From a bacterium (GTDB lineage: Bacteria; Zhuqueibacterota; Zhuqueibacteria; Oceanimicrobiales; Oceanimicrobiaceae): a stretch of 26,605 nucleotides of DNA. Location: contig JBHHYI010000043.1 of the NCBI GenBank assembly GCA_046757525.1, positions 1 to 26,605 on the forward strand, written 5' to 3'. Within the stretch, counting starts at the first letter, position 1. Every line of letters begins with the position of its first letter. The position numbers were made by a program, and so were the translations under genes. This document shows positions 1-8,819 of the stretch, one piece after another. The notes beneath the pieces were generated by a model. That model did no database searches. It saw only the letters and a list, made by a program, of their open reading frames with translations, and was not told the DNA's origin.

Positions 1-18
1 TATGGCAAAAATTAGGGC

Positions 19-47
19 TTGCTTTTAAATTGGGAATTGGGTATATT
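19..47 (+). promoter_or_regulatory. sigma70-type promoter for the tRNA/tadA operon
   Basis: TTGCTT (19-24) and TATATT (42-47) separated by 17 bp, upstream of the first tRNA. Confidence 0.65.
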
Positions 48-94
48 TTTGCCGTGAATGTAGAACACTAATGGCGTTAGATGTTGACTATTCA

Positions 95-167
95 GGCGCA
101 TTCGTCTAGTGGCCTAGGACGCCGGCCTCTCACGTCGGTAACACGGGTTCGACTCCCGTATGCGCCA
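95..167 (+). tRNA. tRNA-Glu(CTC)
   Basis: Acceptor GGCGCAT/ATGCGCC, anticodon arm CCGGC-CTCTCAC-GTCGG (CTC at 129-131), T arm ACGGG-TTCGACT-CCCGT; CCA not encoded. Confidence 0.97.
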
Positions 168-195
168 CAGTATTTTGATTTGAGAAAAGCAAAAC

Positions 196-272
196 GCGCC
201 CGTAGCTCAACTGGACAGAGCGCTTGGCTACGGACCAAGAGGCTGGGGGTTCGAGTCCTCCCGGGCGTACCA
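196..272 (+). tRNA. tRNA-Arg(ACG)
   Basis: Acceptor GCGCCCG/CGGGCGT, anticodon arm CTTGG-CTACGGA-CCAAG (ACG at 230-232), T loop TTCGAGT, encoded CCA at 270-272. Confidence 0.97.
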
Positions 273-314
273 ATTTTGCGCGTTGCTGCAAACTTAATTG
301 TGCGAACGAGATAG

Positions 315-782
315 ATGGCGACCCACAAAGTCTGGATGGAGCGGGCGTTGGGTGAGGCGGAGAAGGCGTTGGAGAAGCAGGAAGTTCCCGTGGGCGCCGT
401 CGTCGTGTCGGGCGACCGGATCGTGGGACGTGGTCACAACCTGGTGGAATCGTTGCAGGATCCCACGGCCCACGCGGAAATGATCGCCATAACGGCGGCT
501 GCAAATTCGTGCCACTCATGGCGCCTGGAAGACGCGGTTCTTTATGTTACCAAGGAACCCTGTCCAATGTGCGCCGGGGCTATCTATTTAGCCCGGATTT
601 CTCAAGTGGTCGTCGGCGTGAGCGATGCACGCATGGGAGCCTGCGGTTCGACGATCAACGTTTTGCAAAATGCGTACCTGCACACCCATGTGCCGGTAAC
701 CTTTGGGATTCTGGAATCCCGGTGCTTGGGCATTCTGCAGACGTTCTTTCAAAAACTGCGACAGGAAGTTCCGGAGAGGTGA
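315..782 (+). CDS. tadA: tRNA adenosine(34) deaminase
   Basis: EVPVGAV, DPTAHAE and EPCPMCAGA zinc-deaminase motifs; C-terminal FFQKLR helix. Confidence 0.95.
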   Translation: MATHKVWMERALGEAEKALEKQEVPVGAVVVSGDRIVGRGHNLVESLQDPTAHAEMIAITAAANSCHSWRLEDAVLYVTKEPCPMCAGAIYLARISQVVVGVSDARMGACGSTINVLQNAYLHTHVPVTFGILESRCLGILQTFFQKLRQEVPER

Positions 783-864
783 CCGAGTTGGCCGAAGGTG
801 CACGACTGGAAATCGTGTGAGGGGCCACAAGCTTCCTCCCAGGGTTCGAATCCCTGCCTCTCCG
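773..864 (+). tRNA. tRNA-Ser(GGA)
   Basis: Acceptor GGAGAGG/CCTCTCC, anticodon arm CACGA-CTGGAAA-TCGTG, long variable arm, T arm CAGGG-TTCGAAT-CCCTG, discriminator G; overlaps last 10 nt of tadA. Confidence 0.96.
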
Positions 865-871
865 CTGTTCT

Positions 872-897
872 AAGACGCTGAGTTTCAGTGTTTTTTT
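872..897 (+). terminator. possible intrinsic terminator after tRNA-Ser(GGA)
   Basis: ACGCTGA-GTT-TCAGTGT hairpin running into a T7 tract (891-897). Confidence 0.45.
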
Positions 898-976
898 GCC
901 CGGAACGCACGTTAACCTTCTCGGCGGCGGTCGGCGTTCAAGGGAAACCGAGAGGACCGATCCTGTTGAGATTTCT

Positions 977-1064
977 GGAGAGGTGCCGGAGCCTGGTTTA
1001 TCGGGGCGGTCTCGAAAACCGTTGTGGTCATGCGCCACCGGGGGTTCGAATCCCTCCCTCTCCG
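977..1064 (+). tRNA. tRNA-Ser(CGA)
   Basis: Acceptor GGAGAGG/CCTCTCC, anticodon arm GCGGT-CTCGAAA-ACCGT, variable arm GTGG...CCAC, T loop TTCGAAT. Confidence 0.96.
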
Positions 1065-1137
1065 CTTTTGGGGTGTTGATCGAAGAATGTAAATCGTGAT
1101 CAGTCTTTGAACGGTTTTCGCTGTTCGTATTTCAAAT

Positions 1138-1210
<73 letters not shown>

Positions 1211-1214
1211 CTGA

Positions 1215-1488
1215 AGGCTGTGCTAGACGGGGAGTTAGCGGTGCCCTGTGGCCTGCAATCCGCTATAGCAGGGTTGAATTCCTACCCGAGGTCTGCTCCC
1301 CCTTGAATTCGGTTTCGGTAAGCGATGTTGATGGTTCAAGTCCTTCGCAATAAAACTGTGCCCAACCCCGTCAGGACCGGAAGGTAGCAGCGGTAAGCAA
1401 TTGTTTTGTGTGCCGGAGGTTTTCTTGGCCGGAGTTGGCTGTTGAAGTCGGTTGAGGGAAGGAAAGTTCGGAGGTAGGTGCACAGCCT
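1215..1488 (+). ncRNA. ffs: large bacterial SRP RNA (Alu + S domain)
   Basis: Terminal helix AGGCTGTGC/GCACAGCCT; Alu-domain sequence GGGGAGTTAGCGGTGCCCTG...CCTGCAATCCGCTATAGCAGG resembling B. subtilis scRNA; helix 8 TCAGGACCGGAAGGTAGCAGC at 1371-1391; lies upstream of dnaX. Confidence 0.95.
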
Positions 1489-1584
1489 CTTAATCTGAAT
1501 TTCACAGTAGCTGAATTCAATCCCGTCGGTTCATGTTCGATTTATGGTTTATCTTAACAGCCTTTTGACAGGAGGATTTTCCGC

Positions 1585-3291
1585 ATGTCCTATCTGGTTT
1601 TAGCCAGAAAATGGCGCCCGATGGTCTTCAAGGATGTGGTCGCCCAATCACACATTGCGACGACGTTGGAGAACGCGATTAAGAATGATCGGTTGGCTTC
1701 GGCCTATCTGTTTTCTGGACCCAGAGGCGTGGGCAAAACCACGACCGCACGCATATTCGCAAAAGCCATAAATTGTCAGGACGGGCCCACGCCTACTCCA
1801 TGCAACGTGTGCTCCAGTTGCCAGGAGATCAACGAAAGCCGCAGCCTCGACGTGTACGAAATCGACGGCGCTTCCAACCGCGGCATCGACGAAGTCAGAA
1901 ATCTGCGAGAAAATCTGCGCTATGCCCCCTCCAAGGGTAAACATAAAATCTACATCATCGACGAAGTGCACATGTTGACCACGGAAGCGTTCAACGCCCT
2001 GCTCAAGACATTGGAAGAGCCTCCGCGGCGAGTCCTGTTCATCTTTGCCACCACCGAAGCGCACAAGGTGCCGGCCACCATTCTTTCCCGTTGCCAACGT
2101 TATGACTTCAGACGCATTCCCCTGGTTGAAATCGTTCAGCAGTTGCAGCGGATCTGTGAGGCAGAAGGCATCAAAATCGATGAGGACTCCCTTTACCTCA
2201 TCGCGAAAAAATCCGACGGCAGCATGCGCGACAGCCAGAGTCTTTTGGATCAGGCGGTTTCTTTCAGCGGCGAGAATGTCAACATGAACGATATTTCTGA
2301 GCTGCTGGGTATCATTCGTCAGGACTTGTTTTTTGAGCTTACCGACAGCATGGCGGGCAAGGACATCTCTGCTGGTTTGCAGCTCGTCGAGAAGGTCTTT
2401 TCCGCAGGCCATGATCTGGGAGATTTTTTGAACGGCTTGACCGAGCATTTCAGGAATCTGTTGGTGTTCAAGGCTACCGGTGAAATGAGCTTGCTCGAAG
2501 GTCTGGAGAACTACCGGGCGAAATATGAAAGCACTGCAAAGGCCTTTTCAGAAACGGATTTGCTGAGGCTCATGCAGATGTGTTCGGAGGTTGCTTACCA
2601 GATCAAACGCAGCCCCAATGCAAAAATCGTTCTGGAAATGCTGGTGGTGAAAATGATCAAGATGGACAACAGCGTGGAAATAGGAGAGCTATTGTCCAAA
2701 TTAGACCATTTAAAAAAAAAGCAAATAGCGCCTGACTCTGGTCATTTTGGAATCGAAGCCCAGGCGCCAACCAACCCGAGCAAAAAGAACACTGTCACGG
2801 CGATCAAACAAGTCGGCAATTATGTCCGCGACGTTGTGGCACCGGCTTTGGAGCAAGATACGGATACTCGTGCCCAGGTTGCTCCCACACTTCCCACGGA
2901 TGCACAAGCATCGTTAGAAATCGTGAAGAGCCACTGGTCCGAGGTCATCGAGAGCCTCAAGAAGGAAAAGTTGCACCTGGGTTCGTTTTTGCGTGAAGGT
3001 TACCCAACGGGTTTCAGCAACGGCACCCTCAATATTTCCTTTGGTAAGGAAAATGGATTTCACATCAACACTTTGAACAAGAACAAAAATATCATAGAAA
3101 AGGTCATACTGAATCAGACCGGAATTAAACTCCGCATTCTGTGCCAAAAAAATGACAGCGAGGAGTTTCAGCAAATTCTTTTGAAACATAAACCTGCTAT
3201 GGCCGTGCAAAATACCGAGGAGAGTGATACGCTTCAGATCCCAATGATTAAAAAGGTCTTGGAAGCTTTTGGCGGTGAAATCGTGCAGTAA
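1585..3291 (+). CDS. dnaX: DNA polymerase III subunit gamma/tau
   Basis: MSYLVLARKWRP start, Walker A GPRGVGKTT, zinc module CQ...PCNVCSSC, EIDGASNRG, DEVHML, SRC motif; AGGAGG RBS. Confidence 0.98.
   Translation: MSYLVLARKWRPMVFKDVVAQSHIATTLENAIKNDRLASAYLFSGPRGVGKTTTARIFAKAINCQDGPTPTPCNVCSSCQEINESRSLDVYEIDGASNRGIDEVRNLRENLRYAPSKGKHKIYIIDEVHMLTTEAFNALLKTLEEPPRRVLFIFATTEAHKVPATILSRCQRYDFRRIPLVEIVQQLQRICEAEGIKIDEDSLYLIAKKSDGSMRDSQSLLDQAVSFSGENVNMNDISELLGIIRQDLFFELTDSMAGKDISAGLQLVEKVFSAGHDLGDFLNGLTEHFRNLLVFKATGEMSLLEGLENYRAKYESTAKAFSETDLLRLMQMCSEVAYQIKRSPNAKIVLEMLVVKMIKMDNSVEIGELLSKLDHLKKKQIAPDSGHFGIEAQAPTNPSKKNTVTAIKQVGNYVRDVVAPALEQDTDTRAQVAPTLPTDAQASLEIVKSHWSEVIESLKKEKLHLGSFLREGYPTGFSNGTLNISFGKENGFHINTLNKNKNIIEKVILNQTGIKLRILCQKNDSEEFQQILLKHKPAMAVQNTEESDTLQIPMIKKVLEAFGGEIVQ
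2712..2767 (+). other. putative programmed frameshift / transcriptional slippage signal in dnaX
   Basis: A9 run at 2712-2720 containing in-phase A-AAA-AAG; stem GCGCCTG (2728-2734)/CAGGCGC (2761-2767) starting 6 nt downstream; stops TAG 2726-2728 (+1 frame) and TGA 2733-2735 (-1 frame). Confidence 0.7.
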
Positions 3292-3324
3292 AATGTGACA
3301 ATTGATGTATTTAAGGAGAAAATG

Positions 3325-3663
3325 ATGGCAAAACATGGCATGAGCGACATGCTTAAGCAAGCCCAGAAACTACAAGAAAAAATGCAAAAGGTCCAGGATC
3401 AATTGGGAAGCATAGAAGTGGAAGGGAGTGCAGGTGGGGGAATGGTGACGGTCACGGCCAACGGTAAGCAAGAAATCCTGGGAGTGCGCATCGACAAACA
3501 AGTGGTCGACCCTGATGACATCGAAATGCTGGAGGATTTGGTGGTGGCCGCAGTCAATCAAGCGCTGGAAAAGGCTCAGGAGGCAGCCAGTCAGGAAATG
3601 GGCAAAGCCGCGGGCGGTCTGTTGGGCAATTTACCTGATGGTCTCAAGATTCCAGGTTTTTAG
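3325..3663 (+). CDS. ybaB: YbaB/EbfC nucleoid-associated protein
   Basis: [44 protein letters not shown]; lies between dnaX and recR; start chosen from AAGGAG RBS at 3313-3318. Confidence 0.95.
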   Translation: MAKHGMSDMLKQAQKLQEKMQKVQDQLGSIEVEGSAGGGMVTVTANGKQEILGVRIDKQVVDPDDIEMLEDLVVAAVNQALEKAQEAASQEMGKAAGGLLGNLPDGLKIPGF

Positions 3664-3708
3664 GTAGGCTACGGCCATTATTCACTCGCAGCTCACACTT
3701 TTGAGAAA

Positions 3709-4305
3709 ATGCAATATTCTTCCTTATCGGTCGAACAAGCCATTGCCGAATTTACCAAGCTGCCGGGGATCGGTAGGAAATCGGCCCAAAGATTGGTGTT
3801 CTATTTGCTGAAGCGGTCCAGGCAAGACGTGGAGCAGCTTGCTCAAGCTTTGATCGCCATCAAAGAAAAGGTTATTTTTTGTTCGGTTTGTTTTAATATT
3901 ACGGAAACGGATCCTTGTGCGATCTGTGCCAGCTTAAACAGAGATCGCCGCATGATTTGTGTGGTGGAAGAAGCCAACGATGTTTTGGCTTTAGAAAAAA
4001 CCGGGGAATACGGGGGGCTGTACCACGTTTTAGGCGGCGCCCTTTCTCCCCTGGAGGGTATCGGTCCCGAGGATTTGCATATTAAAGAACTCATGGTGCG
4101 ACTAAGAGATCCGGTCGAAGAAGTGATCATCGCGACCAACCCCAACGCCGAAGGTGAGGCGACGGTGCTCTATTTAGAAAGATTGATTAAGCCGCTTCAC
4201 GTCAAAGTCACGAGAATTGCCCGGGGTCTTCCTGTGGGAGGAGACCTGGAATATGCCGATGAAATTACTTTAACCAAGGCTCTGGAGGGAAGAGTTGCGC
4301 TTTAA
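3709..4305 (+). CDS. recR: recombination mediator RecR
   Basis: LPGIGRKSAQR HhH, CSVCFN...CAIC zinc finger, TOPRIM domain with EGEAT, ARGLPVGGDLEYADE. Confidence 0.98.
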   Translation: MQYSSLSVEQAIAEFTKLPGIGRKSAQRLVFYLLKRSRQDVEQLAQALIAIKEKVIFCSVCFNITETDPCAICASLNRDRRMICVVEEANDVLALEKTGEYGGLYHVLGGALSPLEGIGPEDLHIKELMVRLRDPVEEVIIATNPNAEGEATVLYLERLIKPLHVKVTRIARGLPVGGDLEYADEITLTKALEGRVAL

Positions 4306-4364
4306 ATGGATTAAAAGAAAGCTGGACGCATAAGTAAAGTAAAGTCAAAATGTGAGTTCACCCC

Positions 4365-4988
4365 ATGTCTAAGGCTAATCGAGTAACCGCGTTTCGCATC
4401 TTTTTGACGCCGCTTTTTGCGGCAGTCTTAATCTTCGAAGGACTCGTTTTTAAGTACTTGTCTTTGTTTATTTTTATCGTGGCCTCAATCACCGACTGGT
4501 ATGACGGTTACCTGGCGCGAAAGTCTAACAGCATTACCTCCACGGGAAAGTATCTGGATCCTCTTGCCGACAAGTTATTGATTTCCACTGCATTTGGCAT
4601 TTTTACTTACAAGGGATACGTGGCATTTTGGATGTTTGCCACCATCGTATTCAGAGACATCGTGATCACCGGGTTGCGCTCCTTCGCCGTTTCAAGAAAC
4701 GAACGCTTCGAAACCAGCAGTTGGGCAAAATGGAAAACCTTTAGCCAGATGCTCGCCATCTACCTCATTTATTTTTGGATGATTGCGGTCCACAGCGTTG
4801 CTCAAGGAACCTCGCACACCGGGGCCATTGCCTGGATCCAGGACCGAGACGTGATCGGCAAGATGATGCTCTTTGTAACCCTATTTACGGTGACCACTGG
4901 CATGAGCTATCTCTATGAAAATCGTCGCCATCTTAAGAACCTGGCCATCGCTTTTTATCGAGTCTTTTTGCCAACCAATGTAAGGTAG
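4365..4988 (+). CDS. pgsA: CDP-diacylglycerol--glycerol-3-phosphate 3-phosphatidyltransferase
   Basis: CDP-alcohol phosphotransferase motif DWYDGYLAR...GKYLDPLADK; hydrophobic protein; pgsA-pgpA-cinA-recA synteny. Confidence 0.9.
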   Translation: MSKANRVTAFRIFLTPLFAAVLIFEGLVFKYLSLFIFIVASITDWYDGYLARKSNSITSTGKYLDPLADKLLISTAFGIFTYKGYVAFWMFATIVFRDIVITGLRSFAVSRNERFETSSWAKWKTFSQMLAIYLIYFWMIAVHSVAQGTSHTGAIAWIQDRDVIGKMMLFVTLFTVTTGMSYLYENRRHLKNLAIAFYRVFLPTNVR

Positions 4989-5435
4989 ATGAACCTCTTT
5001 CCGCGTATAATTGCCACGGGTTTGTTCGTCGGATATGCTCCAGTTGCGCCCGGTACTGTGGGTAGCCTTTTGGGGCTTTTTTTGTATTGGGTGGTCCCTG
5101 AGAGCAATACGATTTTTTCGTTGCCCTGGATCGGCGTGCTGTTCCTCATTGGGGTTTGGGCCGCAAGCGAGGTGGAGAAGCAGTCGGGAAAGGACGCTCC
5201 AATTATCGTCATCGATGAGATCGTGGGCATGCTGATCACGGTTCTGTTGATCGAGAAAACCCTGGCCGGGCTTGCTTTTGGGTTCCTCCTGTTCAGGCTG
5301 TTTGATATCGTCAAGCTGTTTCCTGCCAAACAGTCTGAGCGCCTTCCCAACGGTTGGGGCGTCATGATGGATGATGTGGTAGCTGGCATTTACAGCATGG
5401 CGGTCTTGCGCATGATTTTTTTGTTTATCAAATAA
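4989..5435 (+). CDS. pgpA: phosphatidylglycerophosphatase A
   Basis: APGTVGS, IVIDEIVG, FRLFDIVK, GVMMDDVVAG motifs. Confidence 0.95.
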   Translation: MNLFPRIIATGLFVGYAPVAPGTVGSLLGLFLYWVVPESNTIFSLPWIGVLFLIGVWAASEVEKQSGKDAPIIVIDEIVGMLITVLLIEKTLAGLAFGFLLFRLFDIVKLFPAKQSERLPNGWGVMMDDVVAGIYSMAVLRMIFLFIK

Positions 5436-5467
5436 AGTGATTAACATTTCTCACTTAGATTCATTTT

Positions 5468-6709
5468 ATGAATGTCGAGCTGATTTCAATCGGGGACGAA
5501 TTGCTCATCGGTCAGACCGTGAACAGCAACGCGGCCTACCTGGGCAGTGAGCTTACCTCCCTGGGTTTGGACGTCAAATGGGTCACCACTGTGGGGGATG
5601 ACGCCGAGGAGCTGACAACCGCCCTGAAACGGGCCATGGCGCGCTCGGATGTGGTCATTACTACCGGCGGCCTGGGGCCAACCCACGACGACATTACCAA
5701 GAAGGTCGCAGCCCAGTTTTTTGACTCTGCTTTTGTATTCAAACCCGAGATTTTGGAGCGGCTCAAAAAGGCGTTTGCAAAGCGCGGTCTGGTGATGTCC
5801 GCAGTCAACGAGGACCAGGCCAACGTGCCGGAGAAAGCGGAGATCATCGACAATCCGGTCGGTACGGCCCCGGGGTTTCTCTTTACTGCAGCCGGCAAAA
5901 AGTGTTTCATTCTTCCTGGCGTGCCGGCCGAGATGAAAGCCATGTGCCAGGCAAGCGTGTTCCCTCGTTTGAAATCTCCCGGTCAGACCATTTTGCTGAA
6001 GACCCTTCGAACCACGGGCATCCCGGAATCAAACCTTTTCGAGCGACTACACAGCCTTATTTCAAAGGCAGATTATGTCAAAGTGGCCTTCTTGCCGAAA
6101 ATCGGCGGCGTGGACATTCGTTTGACGGTGAAAGGAACAGACGCTATGGCATGCCAGCAGAACATGGAAAAGGCGCTAACCCAATTCCAGGAGAAGATCG
6201 GCGACTATCTCTACGGCTATGGTGAGGAACCCCTGGAGGAAGTGGTGGCCAGACTGCTCATTGAAAACAAAAAATCTTTAGCCGTGGCAGAGTCTTGCAC
6301 CGGCGGCCTCCTGGCCCACAAACTGACGAACATCTCGGGCAGCTCCAACTATTTCGAACGCGGCGTCGTGGCTTACAGCAATCAGGCAAAAATGGACATT
6401 TTAGGCGTTCGTCAATCTACCCTGGAAAAGTTTGGGGCGGTGAGTTCGCAAACCGCCGTCGAAATGGCCGAAGGGGTTAAAGGCATCAGCAGTGTCGATT
6501 TTGGCCTGTCCACCACGGGAATCGCCGGCCCCACCGGTGGCACGACTGAGAAGCCGGTGGGATTGGTCTATATCGGATTTGCCGGTGCAAGCGGCAGCTA
6601 TGCCCGAGAATTCCGCTTTTTCAAAAACCGGCTGAACAACAAAGAACGGTCGGTGCAGGCAGCCCTGAATATTTTGCGAACAGAATTGGAGCATCTCTCA
6701 AAAACTTGA
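5468..6709 (+). CDS. cinA: competence/damage-inducible protein A (MocF domain + PncC NMN deamidase domain)
   Basis: IGDELLIG, GGLGPTHDD, LPGVPAEM, AESCTGG, STTGIAGPTGG motifs. Confidence 0.96.
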   Translation: MNVELISIGDELLIGQTVNSNAAYLGSELTSLGLDVKWVTTVGDDAEELTTALKRAMARSDVVITTGGLGPTHDDITKKVAAQFFDSAFVFKPEILERLKKAFAKRGLVMSAVNEDQANVPEKAEIIDNPVGTAPGFLFTAAGKKCFILPGVPAEMKAMCQASVFPRLKSPGQTILLKTLRTTGIPESNLFERLHSLISKADYVKVAFLPKIGGVDIRLTVKGTDAMACQQNMEKALTQFQEKIGDYLYGYGEEPLEEVVARLLIENKKSLAVAESCTGGLLAHKLTNISGSSNYFERGVVAYSNQAKMDILGVRQSTLEKFGAVSSQTAVEMAEGVKGISSVDFGLSTTGIAGPTGGTTEKPVGLVYIGFAGASGSYAREFRFFKNRLNNKERSVQAALNILRTELEHLSKT

Positions 6710-7269
6710 GCAAAATAAGAACATTCATCGCAGTCGAGATTCCCCAACAGGTTCGTCAAAACATTGCCGCGGTGCAGAATGCATTCAAAAAAGAACAAGA
6801 TCACCTGCGCTGGACCAAACCTGACAACATTCATTTGACGCTGAAATTCTTGGGCGATGTTGAAGAAGACAAAATCGAAGCGATTGCCGACGCCGTTGAT
6901 ACAGGCGCTCAATCGCTTGTTGCCTTCAATTGTTTGGTAGAAGAGTTAGGGGCGTTCCCGAACTTCAACAGAGCGCGGGTGCTTTGGGTTGGGATTACCG
7001 ACCCGCAAAATCAATTGACTAATTTAGCACAAAAGATTGACCATGAGTTAGGGAAAATGGGCTTTCCCCGGGAGAAGCGGAAATTCTCGCCGCATTTAAC
7101 CATTGCACGCGTTAAATCGCGCCTGAGTGAGAATTTCGTTGCCAGACTTCAGCAGGAAGCGTTTCACGGAGGGGAGGTCAGGGTTGCCGAAATCGTGGTG
7201 GTAAAGAGCGACTTGAAACCCAGGGGAGCAGAATATACGGTTTTGAAGAGAATCAGATTAAGAGACTGA
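6706..7269 (+). CDS. thpR: RNA 2',3'-cyclic phosphodiesterase (2H family, LigT)
   Basis: RTFIAV start; two HxT motifs (HLTLKFLG, PHLTIAR); TTG start overlapping the cinA stop. Confidence 0.93.
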   Translation: MSKIRTFIAVEIPQQVRQNIAAVQNAFKKEQDHLRWTKPDNIHLTLKFLGDVEEDKIEAIADAVDTGAQSLVAFNCLVEELGAFPNFNRARVLWVGITDPQNQLTNLAQKIDHELGKMGFPREKRKFSPHLTIARVKSRLSENFVARLQQEAFHGGEVRVAEIVVVKSDLKPRGAEYTVLKRIRLRD

Positions 7270-7425
7270 CCCCCAAAGCGTTGGCAACAAACCTAATGTC
7301 GAAGCTCTTTCTTTACTAAAAGGAACCTGCTCAGGGTATTGCTTTGCCGTTGACGCGCAGGCTGGCAGGAGAACTGTTTGCAACAAAATAAATTTTGTCT
7401 TATTAAACCTATTTGGAGGGACTAA

Positions 7426-8493
<1,068 letters not shown>

Positions 8494-8603
8494 GCTGAGT
8501 CGGTCGTGCGGGTGGGAAATACTGGTTGGAGCACTTCGGTTTTAGGTAGTCAAAAGTAGTTGGATAAATTTTAAATTATTATTATCTTTATGTGCGTGTG
8601 CTT

Positions 8604-8819
8604 ATGAAAACTAAGGATGCGTGGTACAAAATGGACAAAACTGCTTTTTCGGTGATATCATTCTTAGACGAATCAGATGAAAGGGAATATTGGATTTCCA
8701 AGACGCCTCACGAACGGCTGCAAGCTCTGGAATTCATGCGACAATCAATCTATGGCTACGATCAGACTACCACCAGACTTCAAAGATTTTTTGAAGTTGC
8801 TGAACTTGAACGAAGTTGA
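8604..8819 (+). CDS. small hypothetical protein, putative antitoxin partner of the downstream nucleotidyltransferase
   Basis: About 71 aa, predicted helical (EYWISKTPHERLQALEFMRQ); overlaps the NTase gene; start uncertain (8592, 8604 or 8631). Confidence 0.65.
   Translation: MKTKDAWYKMDKTAFSVISFLDESDEREYWISKTPHERLQALEFMRQSIYGYDQTTTRLQRFFEVAELERS

Noticed and set aside
773..1064. Repeated GGAGAGGTG...GGTTCGAATCCCT.CCTCTCCGCT as a prophage att duplication or CRISPR-like repeat
   Set aside because: Both copies belong to complete tRNA-Ser isoacceptor genes; no integrase or spacer array is present
2682..2686. AGGAG as an internal Shine-Dalgarno stimulator of the dnaX frameshift
   Set aside because: It is about 28 nt upstream of the heptamer, much farther than the roughly 10-nt spacing that works in E. 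coli dnaX
8677..8751. N-terminal extension of the nucleotidyltransferase ORF as given in the ORF track
   Set aside because: The sequence looks non-protein-like in that frame and is better explained as the coding frame of the upstream small gene; ATG 8752 is preferred
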